Below are positions 44,977-53,352 of a stretch of DNA of 64,000 bases, piece by piece. The stretch lies in contig CAWFQK010000002.1 in the NCBI GenBank assembly GCA_963817955.1, positions 192,001 to 256,000 on the forward strand, read 5' to 3'. Source of the DNA: an uncultured Gemmatimonadaceae bacterium. GTDB taxonomy: Bacteria; Gemmatimonadota; Gemmatimonadetes; Gemmatimonadales; Gemmatimonadaceae. Made by a program: the position numbers and the translations under genes. Positions within the stretch are counted from its first letter, which is position 1. Every line of letters starts with the position of its first letter. Under the pieces are notes generated by a model. The model searched no databases, was not told the origin of the DNA, and saw only the letters and a list, made by a program, of their open reading frames with translations.

Positions 44977-45743
44977 TGTCCGGCACTGCACTTGCCGAGC
45001 ATAGGGGTGTGCTCACAGATCAGCTGGCCTCGGACGACCACGCGCAATTGCGCGGAATAGTGCTCGGCGCGCTCGGCGGGGCATTGTTTGCGGCCGGCGG
45101 CCCCGGTGGCCGCCGCTCCGGCCTGCTCATGCGCATGGCCGGCGTCATATGCATGGCTGCGGCCGCGACACCAGTCGTGGCCGAACAGGTCCGGCGCGCC
45201 GGCGAGCGGCGCCGACGGGTGGCGGTCCGGTCCTCGTTCGACATCGAGCGGCCGGTGGTCGACGTCTTCGCCTTCTTCAAGGACTTCGAGAATTTTCCAC
45301 GCGTCATTGGCGCGTTGCGTAGCGTGATCGATTATCAAGATGGCCGTTCGCGCTGGGAGATGTACTCTACTGCCGGTAGCGTTGTGGCGTGGGACGCCGT
45401 CGTCACGAAGTACGTGCCCAATAGCGTCATCGCCTGGGAAAGCGTGCCGGGGAGCACGGTGGAGAGCGCCGGCTTGGTGCGATTCACGCCCCGAGGGCCT
45501 CTGGCGACGCGCGTCGACCTCGTCCTCACCCATCATCCGGCGCACACCGGACTGAACGATGCCATGCGCGCGCTCGTCAGCGCGCCCGCCGCCACGCGCC
45601 TGCAGGACGCCCTGGACCGCACGCCCTTCTACGTGGAGTCGCTGCCGCACGAAGCGCCTGACGAGAGTCCGCTGGAACCACCTGACGCACACGTCTACGA
45701 CTCGCCGGCGCCGGTCTTGTCGTTGGTCCGGCGACCCCACTGA
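44976..45743 (+). CDS. SRPBCC/cyclase-dehydrase family protein with N-terminal membrane segment
   Basis: VFAFFKDFENFPR, SRW, IAWESVPGS..SAGLVRF. Confidence 0.8.
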   Translation: MSGTALAEHRGVLTDQLASDDHAQLRGIVLGALGGALFAAGGPGGRRSGLLMRMAGVICMAAAATPVVAEQVRRAGERRRRVAVRSSFDIERPVVDVFAFFKDFENFPRVIGALRSVIDYQDGRSRWEMYSTAGSVVAWDAVVTKYVPNSVIAWESVPGSTVESAGLVRFTPRGPLATRVDLVLTHHPAHTGLNDAMRALVSAPAATRLQDALDRTPFYVESLPHEAPDESPLEPPDAHVYDSPAPVLSLVRRPH

Positions 45744-46522
45744 TGGCGGTCCCCGATCGGCGTCACGCTTTGGTCCTCACGCGACGCGGTGTGAATTTCG
45801 AGTAACCTGAACGGCGGCCGATCCGGATAGCGGACGCGCAGTAGGGCGTGTGCAACGTTGAATACGGGAATGCCCGTCTGCGTCTTTCCCTCAGGAGTGC
45901 CCTTGTGCGCATGGCCGTGGAAGACGGCCGTCACCTCGAAGCGCGACAGCGGCTCTTCCAGACGGCTGGATCCGAGAAACGGGAAGATCTCTGGTGGCTC
46001 ACCCTCTACGGTCGCGCGGATGGGGGAGTAGTGCATCACGGCGATTCGATGATCCGAGGCGAGGCGTGCCAGAGCGGACTCGAGTTTCAGCGCCTCCTGC
46101 ACCGCCTCGTGCACGAAATCCTTGATCGTTTTCTCGCCCCACGGGCCGAGCGCGCCGCGACCGAATCCGCCACAGAATCCGCGCACACCCGCAAAGCCGA
46201 CGCCGCGGTATTCCCACGTATCGCCGTCGAGCATGTGTACGCCGACGTCGGTGAGCGTCTTTGCGATTTCCCGTTCTTCCCCGGTTTCGAAGTCGTGGTT
46301 CCCCAGGACGCCAACCACGGGGATCTTCACCTGCGCCAGGTCCTTGGCGAGAATGCGCGCTTCTTCCGCCAATCCATAGTCCGTCAGATCGCCACAGAGC
46401 ACGAGCACATCCGCCGATTCAGCAATCTGCATGAACAGCGGCTGCAGGCTGCCCTGGGAGTTCTTGGAGTAGTGGATGTCGCCGACCGCAGCCAGGCGAA
46501 CGACGTCACCAGTGATGGCCAT
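45695..46522 (-). CDS. Calcineurin-like metallophosphoesterase
   Basis: GDIH, GDLT, GNHD, MHYSP, FHGHAH. Confidence 0.9.
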   Translation of the reverse strand: MAITGDVVRLAAVGDIHYSKNSQGSLQPLFMQIAESADVLVLCGDLTDYGLAEEARILAKDLAQVKIPVVGVLGNHDFETGEEREIAKTLTDVGVHMLDGDTWEYRGVGFAGVRGFCGGFGRGALGPWGEKTIKDFVHEAVQEALKLESALARLASDHRIAVMHYSPIRATVEGEPPEIFPFLGSSRLEEPLSRFEVTAVFHGHAHKGTPEGKTQTGIPVFNVAHALLRVRYPDRPPFRLLEIHTASREDQSVTPIGDRHQWGRRTNDKTGAGES

Positions 46523-46644
46523 TGCGGGTGCTCCGGATTGTGCAGGAACCCTTCATGGGAGGATTCGGGCCACGACCAGAAGTCCGGCTCGCTGGATCCC
46601 TCAACAGTCCGCCTAGCCTCCGATTTGCACTTGTAGCGGCAACC

Positions 46645-47451
46645 ATGGCGTACAAATCCACGTTTGATCACCCGGGACGTGACACGAATGCCTTCTACCG
46701 GCGGACACTGCATGTCCTGAGCGACGCGCGCGTGCCGTTCATGGTCGGCGGATCACATGCCCTACTCAACTACACCGGCATCGTGCGGGAAACGAAGGAC
46801 TTCGATCTCTTCATACAATCCGCGGATCTGGACGCGGCGCTCCAGGCGTTGCGCACCGCGGAGTATCACACGGAGATCACGTTCCCGCATTGGCTCGCCA
46901 AGGCACGGCACGGCACCGATGTCGTCGATCTCGTGTTCGCCTCGGGCAACGGCGTCTGCCGCGTGGACGACGAGTGGTTCGCCAACGCCCTGGAGGCCGA
47001 CGTGCTCGGCATGCCGGTGAAGATCGTCCCGGTTGAAGAACTGTTATGGCAGAAGTCGTACGTCATGGAGCGGGAACGCTACGACGGCGCCGACGTCGCC
47101 CACATTCTGCGCAGTTGTGCCGAGACGCTGGATTGGGACCGCGTGCTCCGGCGATTCGATTCACACTGGCAACTGCTGCTGTCGTACCTCGTGTTGTTCG
47201 GTTTCATCTATCCGTCGGAGCGCCACCGCATCCCGACCCGCATCATGATGGAATTGCAGACCCGCTTGCAGCAGACCGTCAGCGACTCGCCGAGCAGCGA
47301 CAAGGTATGCCGTGGCACCCTCACGTCACGTGGTCAGTACGTGCTCGACATCGGACGCTACGGCTACGAAGACGCCCGCCTCGCCCCCCGCGGCAACATG
47401 ACCGCGGAAGATGCGGTGTACTGGACGTGGGCGATCGATCACATCGAGTAA
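46645..47451 (+). CDS. Pol-beta superfamily nucleotidyltransferase
   Basis: FMVGGSHAL...TKDFDLF (GS..DxD), third Asp in VVDLVF, then ERERYDGADV. Confidence 0.8.
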   Translation: MAYKSTFDHPGRDTNAFYRRTLHVLSDARVPFMVGGSHALLNYTGIVRETKDFDLFIQSADLDAALQALRTAEYHTEITFPHWLAKARHGTDVVDLVFASGNGVCRVDDEWFANALEADVLGMPVKIVPVEELLWQKSYVMERERYDGADVAHILRSCAETLDWDRVLRRFDSHWQLLLSYLVLFGFIYPSERHRIPTRIMMELQTRLQQTVSDSPSSDKVCRGTLTSRGQYVLDIGRYGYEDARLAPRGNMTAEDAVYWTWAIDHIE

Positions 47452-47494
47452 CGGCGACACGGCCGGGGCTGTCGAACCGGTACGGCGCCTCGCA

Positions 47495-47558
47495 CCGACC
47501 GGCGGGCCGACCGCTACGGAGCAGCCAGCGACATCCAGCCAGAATTGAGCCCGGAGTC
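47495..47558. repeat. Dispersed intergenic repeat, copy 2
   Basis: 42-bp core identical to 26488-26529 in the same orientation, followed by CCCGGAGTC. Confidence 0.9.
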
Positions 47559-47582
47559 AAACGCGCCTTCCAATCGCTCCTA

Positions 47583-48314
47583 TCAGCTCGCCACCTGCGC
47601 CGTCACCCCGCCGAACCGTCGCTCCCGCATCTCGAATTCGCTCAACGCCGAGAGAAATTCCTGCTCGGTGAACTCCGGCCACATACGGGCAGTGAAATAG
47701 AACTCGGCGTACGCGCATTCCCAGAGCAGGAAATCGCTCAGCCGCTGCTCGCCGCCCGTGCGAATGAGCAGATCGACGTCGCGAATCGGGAACGGATCGT
47801 GGTTCACCTGCGCGAGGAGGCGAGCGAATCGCTCGCGCGTATGCACTTCTCCGCTGGCCAGCGTCGCGGCCTGCATGATCGATTCGCGCGCCGAGTAATC
47901 GATGGCCACCCGCAAGTGCAGGTTGCGTCCGTGCGCCGTCAGCGCCTCTGCTTCCTGGATCGCGACGACCAGCGCCGTGGGAAGGCGGTCGCGGCGCCCG
48001 ATGATCGTGAGACGCACCCCATTCTCGAGACAGCGCTTCGCCTCCACGCGGAGCGAACGTCGCAGCAGACGCATCAGCGCGCCGACCTCCCGCGTCGGGC
48101 GCCTCCAGTTGTCCGACGAGAACGCGTAGATGGTCAACGTGGCGACATCCGTCCGCGTCGCGGCTTCGACGATCTTGCGCGCCGTGCGCACGCCGGCACT
48201 GTGACCCGCCGTGCGCGGCATACCGCGCGCGCCGGCCCAGCGACCGTTGCCATCCATGATGATCCCGACATGAATGCCGCTATCCGGCGACGGGACCGCG
48301 AGTGATCGCTGCAT
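47583..48314 (-). CDS. uppS: cis-prenyltransferase (undecaprenyl diphosphate synthase family)
   Basis: HVGIIMDGNGRWA, YAFSSDNWRRP, DLLIRTGGEQRLSDFLLW, RERRFGG. Confidence 0.92.
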   Translation of the reverse strand: MQRSLAVPSPDSGIHVGIIMDGNGRWAGARGMPRTAGHSAGVRTARKIVEAATRTDVATLTIYAFSSDNWRRPTREVGALMRLLRRSLRVEAKRCLENGVRLTIIGRRDRLPTALVVAIQEAEALTAHGRNLHLRVAIDYSARESIMQAATLASGEVHTRERFARLLAQVNHDPFPIRDVDLLIRTGGEQRLSDFLLWECAYAEFYFTARMWPEFTEQEFLSALSEFEMRERRFGGVTAQVAS

Positions 48315-48344
48315 GAGAGAGAGAGCCGAAGAAGTGGCGCGGCG

Positions 48345-48734
48345 TCAACGCTCGCGCGTCGCCCGAATGAGAGCTTCCATGTGATTGAGATACCGGTCGA
48401 GGGCTCGGCGGCCAAACGACGTGATCGTATACTCCGTCTTCGGCATGCGCCCCTCGAACGTCTTGGTGCACGCAATGTACTCGGCTTCCTCGAGCTTCCG
48501 GGCGTGGACGCTGAGATTGCCGTCCGTCGTCTGCATGAGCTTTTTCAGATCGTTGAAGCTGAGCGATTCGTTGACCGCGAGCGCGCTCAGGATGCCGAGT
48601 CGGAGTCGCTCGTGAATCAACCGGTCGAGCGCCAATGGGCCCTCGGACGGAGCCCGGCCGCGAACGGTCCGCAAGGCTCCCCCCACTTCCTTGTCGTGCG
48701 CGTCCGGCCGCCGCTTGCGTTGGGGTTTAGCCAC
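48345..48734 (-). CDS. Winged-helix transcriptional regulator (HTH_34/MarR-like)
   Basis: LDRLIHERLRLGILSAL...FNDLK...TDGNLSVHARKLEEAEYI...T.Y.IT..G. Confidence 0.9.
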   Translation of the reverse strand: MAKPQRKRRPDAHDKEVGGALRTVRGRAPSEGPLALDRLIHERLRLGILSALAVNESLSFNDLKKLMQTTDGNLSVHARKLEEAEYIACTKTFEGRMPKTEYTITSFGRRALDRYLNHMEALIRATRER

Positions 48735-49341
48735 CGTGCCTCCGTGCGATCCAGAGCCCGAATACCACGTGCAAGCCGCCGAACGCCGCGACCATCAATC
48801 CTGTGGTCCACGCCGGCGGCGCCAGGAGTGCCACGGTGCCCAACAGCATGAAGACCGCGCCCATGACGGGAACGCTGCGCACGGAATACGTGCCGGCGCT
48901 CACGACGGCCGCCCCGTACAGCAGCATCCAGATGCCCGGCAAAAACGCGTACAGTTCGTGCTGGACGAGCACCGCGGTCAGCACCGCTCCCACGATCATC
49001 GCTGGCGAGAAGCTCAATACGAGCTTTCTCATTGGTCCCGACAGCAGCGGCATGTTCGCCGCGTGGGACTTGAGCGTCATCGACGCGACCGAGAGGCCCG
49101 CCGCGATGCCGGCTTCCGCCAGCCAGGTGGCCACCCACGCCCAGGGCAACGTCTGCCGTGAACTCACGAACGCCGCGCCAACCGCCGTCATCCCGATCGC
49201 CACCTGTCCCCACCCGGACACAGCGGTGAACGTGGCGGCGCGCTCCATCATGCCGCGGATGAAGCGCAGATTGTCCATCGCGCGCGCCTGCATTTCCGGC
49301 GGATCGGAGCGGCGGGGCCGCAGCGGAGTGACGGGAGCCAT
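48727..49341 (-). CDS. Hypothetical 6-TM membrane protein
   Basis: AMDNLRFIRGMMERA N-terminus, six hydrophobic helices, FGGLHVVFG; overlaps the regulator start. Confidence 0.8.
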   Translation of the reverse strand: MAPVTPLRPRRSDPPEMQARAMDNLRFIRGMMERAATFTAVSGWGQVAIGMTAVGAAFVSSRQTLPWAWVATWLAEAGIAAGLSVASMTLKSHAANMPLLSGPMRKLVLSFSPAMIVGAVLTAVLVQHELYAFLPGIWMLLYGAAVVSAGTYSVRSVPVMGAVFMLLGTVALLAPPAWTTGLMVAAFGGLHVVFGLWIARRHGG

Positions 49342-49350
49342 GATTGGCGT

Positions 49351-49399
49351 AGGTTAACCGCCCACGCCAATCAGAGTCAAGTACTTTGCATTACAAAGT
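49351..49399 (-). promoter_or_regulatory. Palindromic operator next to a sigma70-type promoter
   Basis: ACTTTG-N5-CAAAGT (49383-49399) immediately upstream of minus-strand TTGACT-18 nt-TAACCT. Confidence 0.65.
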
Positions 49400-49403
49400 T
49401 TTC

Positions 49404-49616
49404 TTACGGCTGCTGAGGCGGATCGCTGGCCGGGAAGCTCTCGTCCGACTGCTCGTCTATCCGCGCATCGTCGCTCATGCCGCCCGAGCGCTCCTGCTTC
49501 CCGCCCTTGCTCTTGAGCTTCTTCTCCCGGCTCCGCCCGTCGCTCGGCTGTGTATCACTCATGTCACCTGCGTCACTACGGTCCAGGTGATCTTGGTCAG
49601 GTCGCTTGTCCCTCAT
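49404..49616 (-). CDS. Small hydrophilic protein with C-terminal DEQSDESFPASDPP motif
   Basis: ESFPASDPP is a recurrent motif of small uncharacterised bacterial proteins (recalled, not searched). Confidence 0.6.
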   Translation of the reverse strand: MRDKRPDQDHLDRSDAGDMSDTQPSDGRSREKKLKSKGGKQERSGGMSDDARIDEQSDESFPASDPPQQP

Positions 49617-49703
49617 AACTACGCCTCGAGTCTGGTGTCGATCTCCTGAACCCTCACGAATTATGCCGGGTTCCGGCTCAGCCGCGGCGCGTTCAGGCGA
49701 TCG

Positions 49704-50849
49704 CTACCGCTCGCTCACTTTGTACTTCGCCAGAATCGCCTTCACCTTGTCCAACGGAATCGCGTCCACCGTGTGGCCATTGGCCCGGGTCGTCGTCGCC
49801 TGGAACATCGAGTTGTAGATCGCCTCTTCGGTGGCTTCCACCGCGGCCTCGAACAACCCCGACATCTGTTCGTTCGCCAGCTCTTCCGTCGTCAGACGCG
49901 TCGCCGTAACCGCCCGGCGAACCCGCTCGCTCGTCGAGAACGCAATCACGTAGTCACCGGATCCGTTCGACGCCGACGATCCAGTTCGCGCCAGGCCCAT
50001 GATCGCGCGGGCCGCCAACCGTCCGAGATTGCGATCCGACAGCGGCGCGTCGGTGGCAATGACCATCACGCACGATCCGTCCCCGCGCTCGCCCGGCGAC
50101 TCCGCTTCTCGCTTGAACGCATACTGCCCGAGCTCCCTCCCCACCGGCGCACCGAGCACCTGCAGGATTCCGCCGAAGTTCGTCTGCGTCAGCACACCAA
50201 TCGTGTAGCCGCCGAGCGACGGCGGCAGCACGCGCGATGACGTCCCGATTCCTCCCTTCCACCCAAACGCGACCGTCCCGGTGCCCGCGCCCACACTGCC
50301 TTCGGCCACCGGACCACTCGCAGCCGACGTCAGGGCCGCACGCACCTGCTCCGCGGTGATCGGACGGGAGCGAATGTCGTTGAGCGTTCCATCATTGGTC
50401 TCGGCGACGACCGGATTCAGCGAACGGACATTCTCCATCCCCGGCTGCTCGAGCATCCAGGCGACCATGGCGTCAGCCGCCTTCCATACGCAGAGCGTGC
50501 ACGTCAGAAGAATCGGCGTTTCCAGTTCGCCGAGTTCGCGCAGCTGCGTCACCCCCGTCATCTTGCCGAACCCGTTTCCGACGTGAAGCGCCGCGGGGAC
50601 GCGTTCGCGGAACATGTTTCCGGCGTGCGGGAGAATGGCGGTGACCCCGGTACGCACCGAGTCACCCTGAATGACGGTGGTCTGGCCGACCTTCACTCCG
50701 GCCACGTCGGTGATGGCGTTGTACCGTCCGGGAGTGAACACCCCAGGCTTGACACCCAGGTCTCGTGCGCGCGCACGCTGCGCGGAAAGCATCGTTGAAG
50801 CAGCCGTCATGGCGAGCAGCGCGGTGCTGAAGGGCCGGAGCAATTGCAT
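49704..50849 (-). CDS. P1 family (DmpA-like) aminopeptidase, secreted
   Basis: NAITDVAGVKVG, RTGVTAI, GNGFGK, EGSVGAGTG, WKGGIGTSSR, GDGS cleavage site, SNGSGD. Confidence 0.92.
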   Translation of the reverse strand: MQLLRPFSTALLAMTAASTMLSAQRARARDLGVKPGVFTPGRYNAITDVAGVKVGQTTVIQGDSVRTGVTAILPHAGNMFRERVPAALHVGNGFGKMTGVTQLRELGELETPILLTCTLCVWKAADAMVAWMLEQPGMENVRSLNPVVAETNDGTLNDIRSRPITAEQVRAALTSAASGPVAEGSVGAGTGTVAFGWKGGIGTSSRVLPPSLGGYTIGVLTQTNFGGILQVLGAPVGRELGQYAFKREAESPGERGDGSCVMVIATDAPLSDRNLGRLAARAIMGLARTGSSASNGSGDYVIAFSTSERVRRAVTATRLTTEELANEQMSGLFEAAVEATEEAIYNSMFQATTTRANGHTVDAIPLDKVKAILAKYKVSER

Positions 50850-51005
50850 TCTCGTGGGGGTTCCGTGACGTATCAGCGTACGCGCAAACCCTCTGGTCGG
50901 CAACGGCAGCCGCTCCCCCCCCACCCCTACCCCCACCCCCACAACGCCGCTGCAGCCCCGAGTGGCACAGTTGGCCGACACGGCGGCGCGCCTCTATCTT
51001 CAAAC

Positions 51006-52079
51006 GTGCCTCTCCTTCCGCTTTACGGCCACTCAGCGCTGCGCGACCGTCTGCGCGAAGCCGTCGCGCATCAGACGTTGCCGGCCAGTCTTCTGCTACA
51101 GGGCCCGCGTGGCGTCGGCAAACAGCAGATCGCCCTCTGGATCGCGCGCCTTCTGGTGTGCGAGCAGCCAGACGCCGCCCCGTGCGGCAGCTGCAAGTCG
51201 TGCCACATGGCCGCCGAGCTCCACCATCCCGACTTGCACTGGATCTTTCCTCGTCCACGGCTCAAGGATTCGGACCCGGACCCGGACGACGTAAAGCAGG
51301 ACCTCGCCGACGCAATCGCCGAACGCATGGAAAACGGAGGCGTGTACGAAGCGCCGGGCGGTGACGAAGCCATATTCGTCGCCACCGTCCGAGCGGTGGT
51401 GCGCACGGCTGTGATGTCGCCGGCGATGGGTAGGCGCAAGGTGTTCGTGATTGGCGACGCCGAGCGTATGGTGGCCCAAGAAGGCTCGGATCAGGCGGCC
51501 AACGCCTTCCTCAAACTCCTCGAGGAGCCGCCGGCGAACACGAATATCTTGTTGACGTCCAGCGAGCCGGGCGCACTGCTTCCCACCATTCGGTCCCGAG
51601 TCGTTTCGGTCCGCGTCCCCCCACTCGCCGCCAGTGATGTCCGGGCGTTTCTGGGCAATGAAACGGTGCGTTCGCAGCTGGACTTCTCCGGCAACCGGGA
51701 TCTCGACGAGTTGGTACTGCTCGCTGGTGGCGCGCCGGGTCGGCTCGTGGGACGCAACACTTGGCAGGCCGCTCTTGACCAGGCCAAACGACTGCTCGAC
51801 GCGGCAGCTGCGCCAGACCGCGGAACGCGAATGCGTGCGGCGCTCTCGCAGGGCGCGACTGGCGCCCGCGGCAAATTCAGCGACACCCTCGATGCACTCA
51901 CCGTCCTTCTCCACGAGCGATCACGATCCGCGGCCCAAAACGGGAAAGACTCCGAGGCCGCTGGCGCAGCGAAGGCCATCGATGCCGTCGAGACCGCCAA
52001 GGAGCGCGCAGGCGGTAACGTCAATCCCCAGCTGGTCACGGCCTCGCTCCTCAACCAAATCGCCCCTCTCATGCGATGA
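51006..52079 (+). CDS. holB: DNA polymerase III subunit delta-prime
   Basis: [44 protein letters not shown]. Confidence 0.9.
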   Translation: MPLLPLYGHSALRDRLREAVAHQTLPASLLLQGPRGVGKQQIALWIARLLVCEQPDAAPCGSCKSCHMAAELHHPDLHWIFPRPRLKDSDPDPDDVKQDLADAIAERMENGGVYEAPGGDEAIFVATVRAVVRTAVMSPAMGRRKVFVIGDAERMVAQEGSDQAANAFLKLLEEPPANTNILLTSSEPGALLPTIRSRVVSVRVPPLAASDVRAFLGNETVRSQLDFSGNRDLDELVLLAGGAPGRLVGRNTWQAALDQAKRLLDAAAAPDRGTRMRAALSQGATGARGKFSDTLDALTVLLHERSRSAAQNGKDSEAAGAAKAIDAVETAKERAGGNVNPQLVTASLLNQIAPLMR

Positions 52080-52600
52080 GTGAAAAACTGACGCATGTAG
52101 GGGATTCCGGTGAGGCACATATGGTGGATGTATCCCACAAAAACGCCACCGATCGTTGCGCACGCGCCACAGGTGTCATCCGGATGTCGCACGCAACCCT
52201 CACTGCCATCATTGGAGCTCAGCTCAAAAAGGGAGACGTGCTCGGTGTCGCGCGGATTGCCGCCGTCATGGCCGCCAAGCGCACGGCGGACTTGATCCCT
52301 CTGTGTCATCCACTGCCATTGACCGACATCCAGGTGGCGCTGACCACCGACGAGACGCTCCCGGGCGTACGGGCTGAGGCGACGGTGAGAACCACCGGGA
52401 GAACTGGCGTTGAAATGGAGGCGCTGACGGCGGTTTCGGTCGCGCTACTCACGGTTTATGACATGGCAAAAGCGGTGGATCGGTCGATGGAAATCTCCGA
52501 TATATCGCTGGCGGAAAAGTCCGGAGGGGCGCGCGGCGATTACGCAAGAGTTGATGGCACAGGGCCTGCCCCTTATCCTGAGTCCGGCAGTACGAAGTAG
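52076..52600 (+). CDS. moaC: Cyclic pyranopterin monophosphate synthase
   Basis: [40 protein letters not shown]. Confidence 0.96.
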   Translation: MSEKLTHVGDSGEAHMVDVSHKNATDRCARATGVIRMSHATLTAIIGAQLKKGDVLGVARIAAVMAAKRTADLIPLCHPLPLTDIQVALTTDETLPGVRAEATVRTTGRTGVEMEALTAVSVALLTVYDMAKAVDRSMEISDISLAEKSGGARGDYARVDGTGPAPYPESGSTK

Positions 52601-52632
52601 TACTGCGTTAACCTGTTGCCAAAGAGAGACTT

Positions 52633-53334
52633 ATGCGCAACCTACGTGGGACGTACGTCCACCGGGGTGATGCGGCCAGGCGACGGAGACGCATCAGACA
52701 GATGCTCTTCGTAGGAGCCTCGGTGGTCGTGACGATGATCGTCCTGGCCATCCGCAAGTCCACTCCGGCGAACGCCGAGCCTGCGGTGACCGAGAGCCAC
52801 TCGTTCTTTTCGAGGGGCGATTCCCGGGCGCTGCTCCAAGAGCTCGAAACGACCAAGGGCGAACTGAGTCTCGTCCGCGCTCAGTTCGAGCGGGCTGACA
52901 AGATCATGGAGTATTCGAATCGGTTCGGTATCACGGCTGGCTTGTCCGGCATCGTGTTCGACGCTTCGCTCCGTGAAGGGATCGATCCCGAGTTGGCCTA
53001 CCGCCTGGTTCGGCTGGAAAGCGAATTCAACACGCATGCGGTGAGCAAGGTCGGTGCGATCGGGCTGACGCAGCTCATGCCCGGTACGGCGCGCCGGTGG
53101 GAGAAGGGCGTGACGCGCGATGACCTGTTCAACCCCAAGACGAACCTGAGAGTCGGCTTCCGCTACCTTCGGAACCTGCTCGATCAGTACAAGGGCGACG
53201 TTCGGCTCGCATTGCTGGCGTACAATAGAGGGGAGGACGCGGTGTGGCGGGACGTACACGCCGGTGTGAATCCGGGAAACGGATACGATCTCTCCGTTCT
53301 CCAGGGATACAAGGGCAAGGGGCTGATACAGTAG
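52633..53334 (+). CDS. SLT-domain lytic transglycosylase
   Basis: N-terminal TM; LESEFN, GAIGLTQLMP, ALLAYNRG. Confidence 0.88.
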   Translation: MRNLRGTYVHRGDAARRRRRIRQMLFVGASVVVTMIVLAIRKSTPANAEPAVTESHSFFSRGDSRALLQELETTKGELSLVRAQFERADKIMEYSNRFGITAGLSGIVFDASLREGIDPELAYRLVRLESEFNTHAVSKVGAIGLTQLMPGTARRWEKGVTRDDLFNPKTNLRVGFRYLRNLLDQYKGDVRLALLAYNRGEDAVWRDVHAGVNPGNGYDLSVLQGYKGKGLIQ

Positions 53335-53352
53335 ATCAGCCCAGCCAGTACA

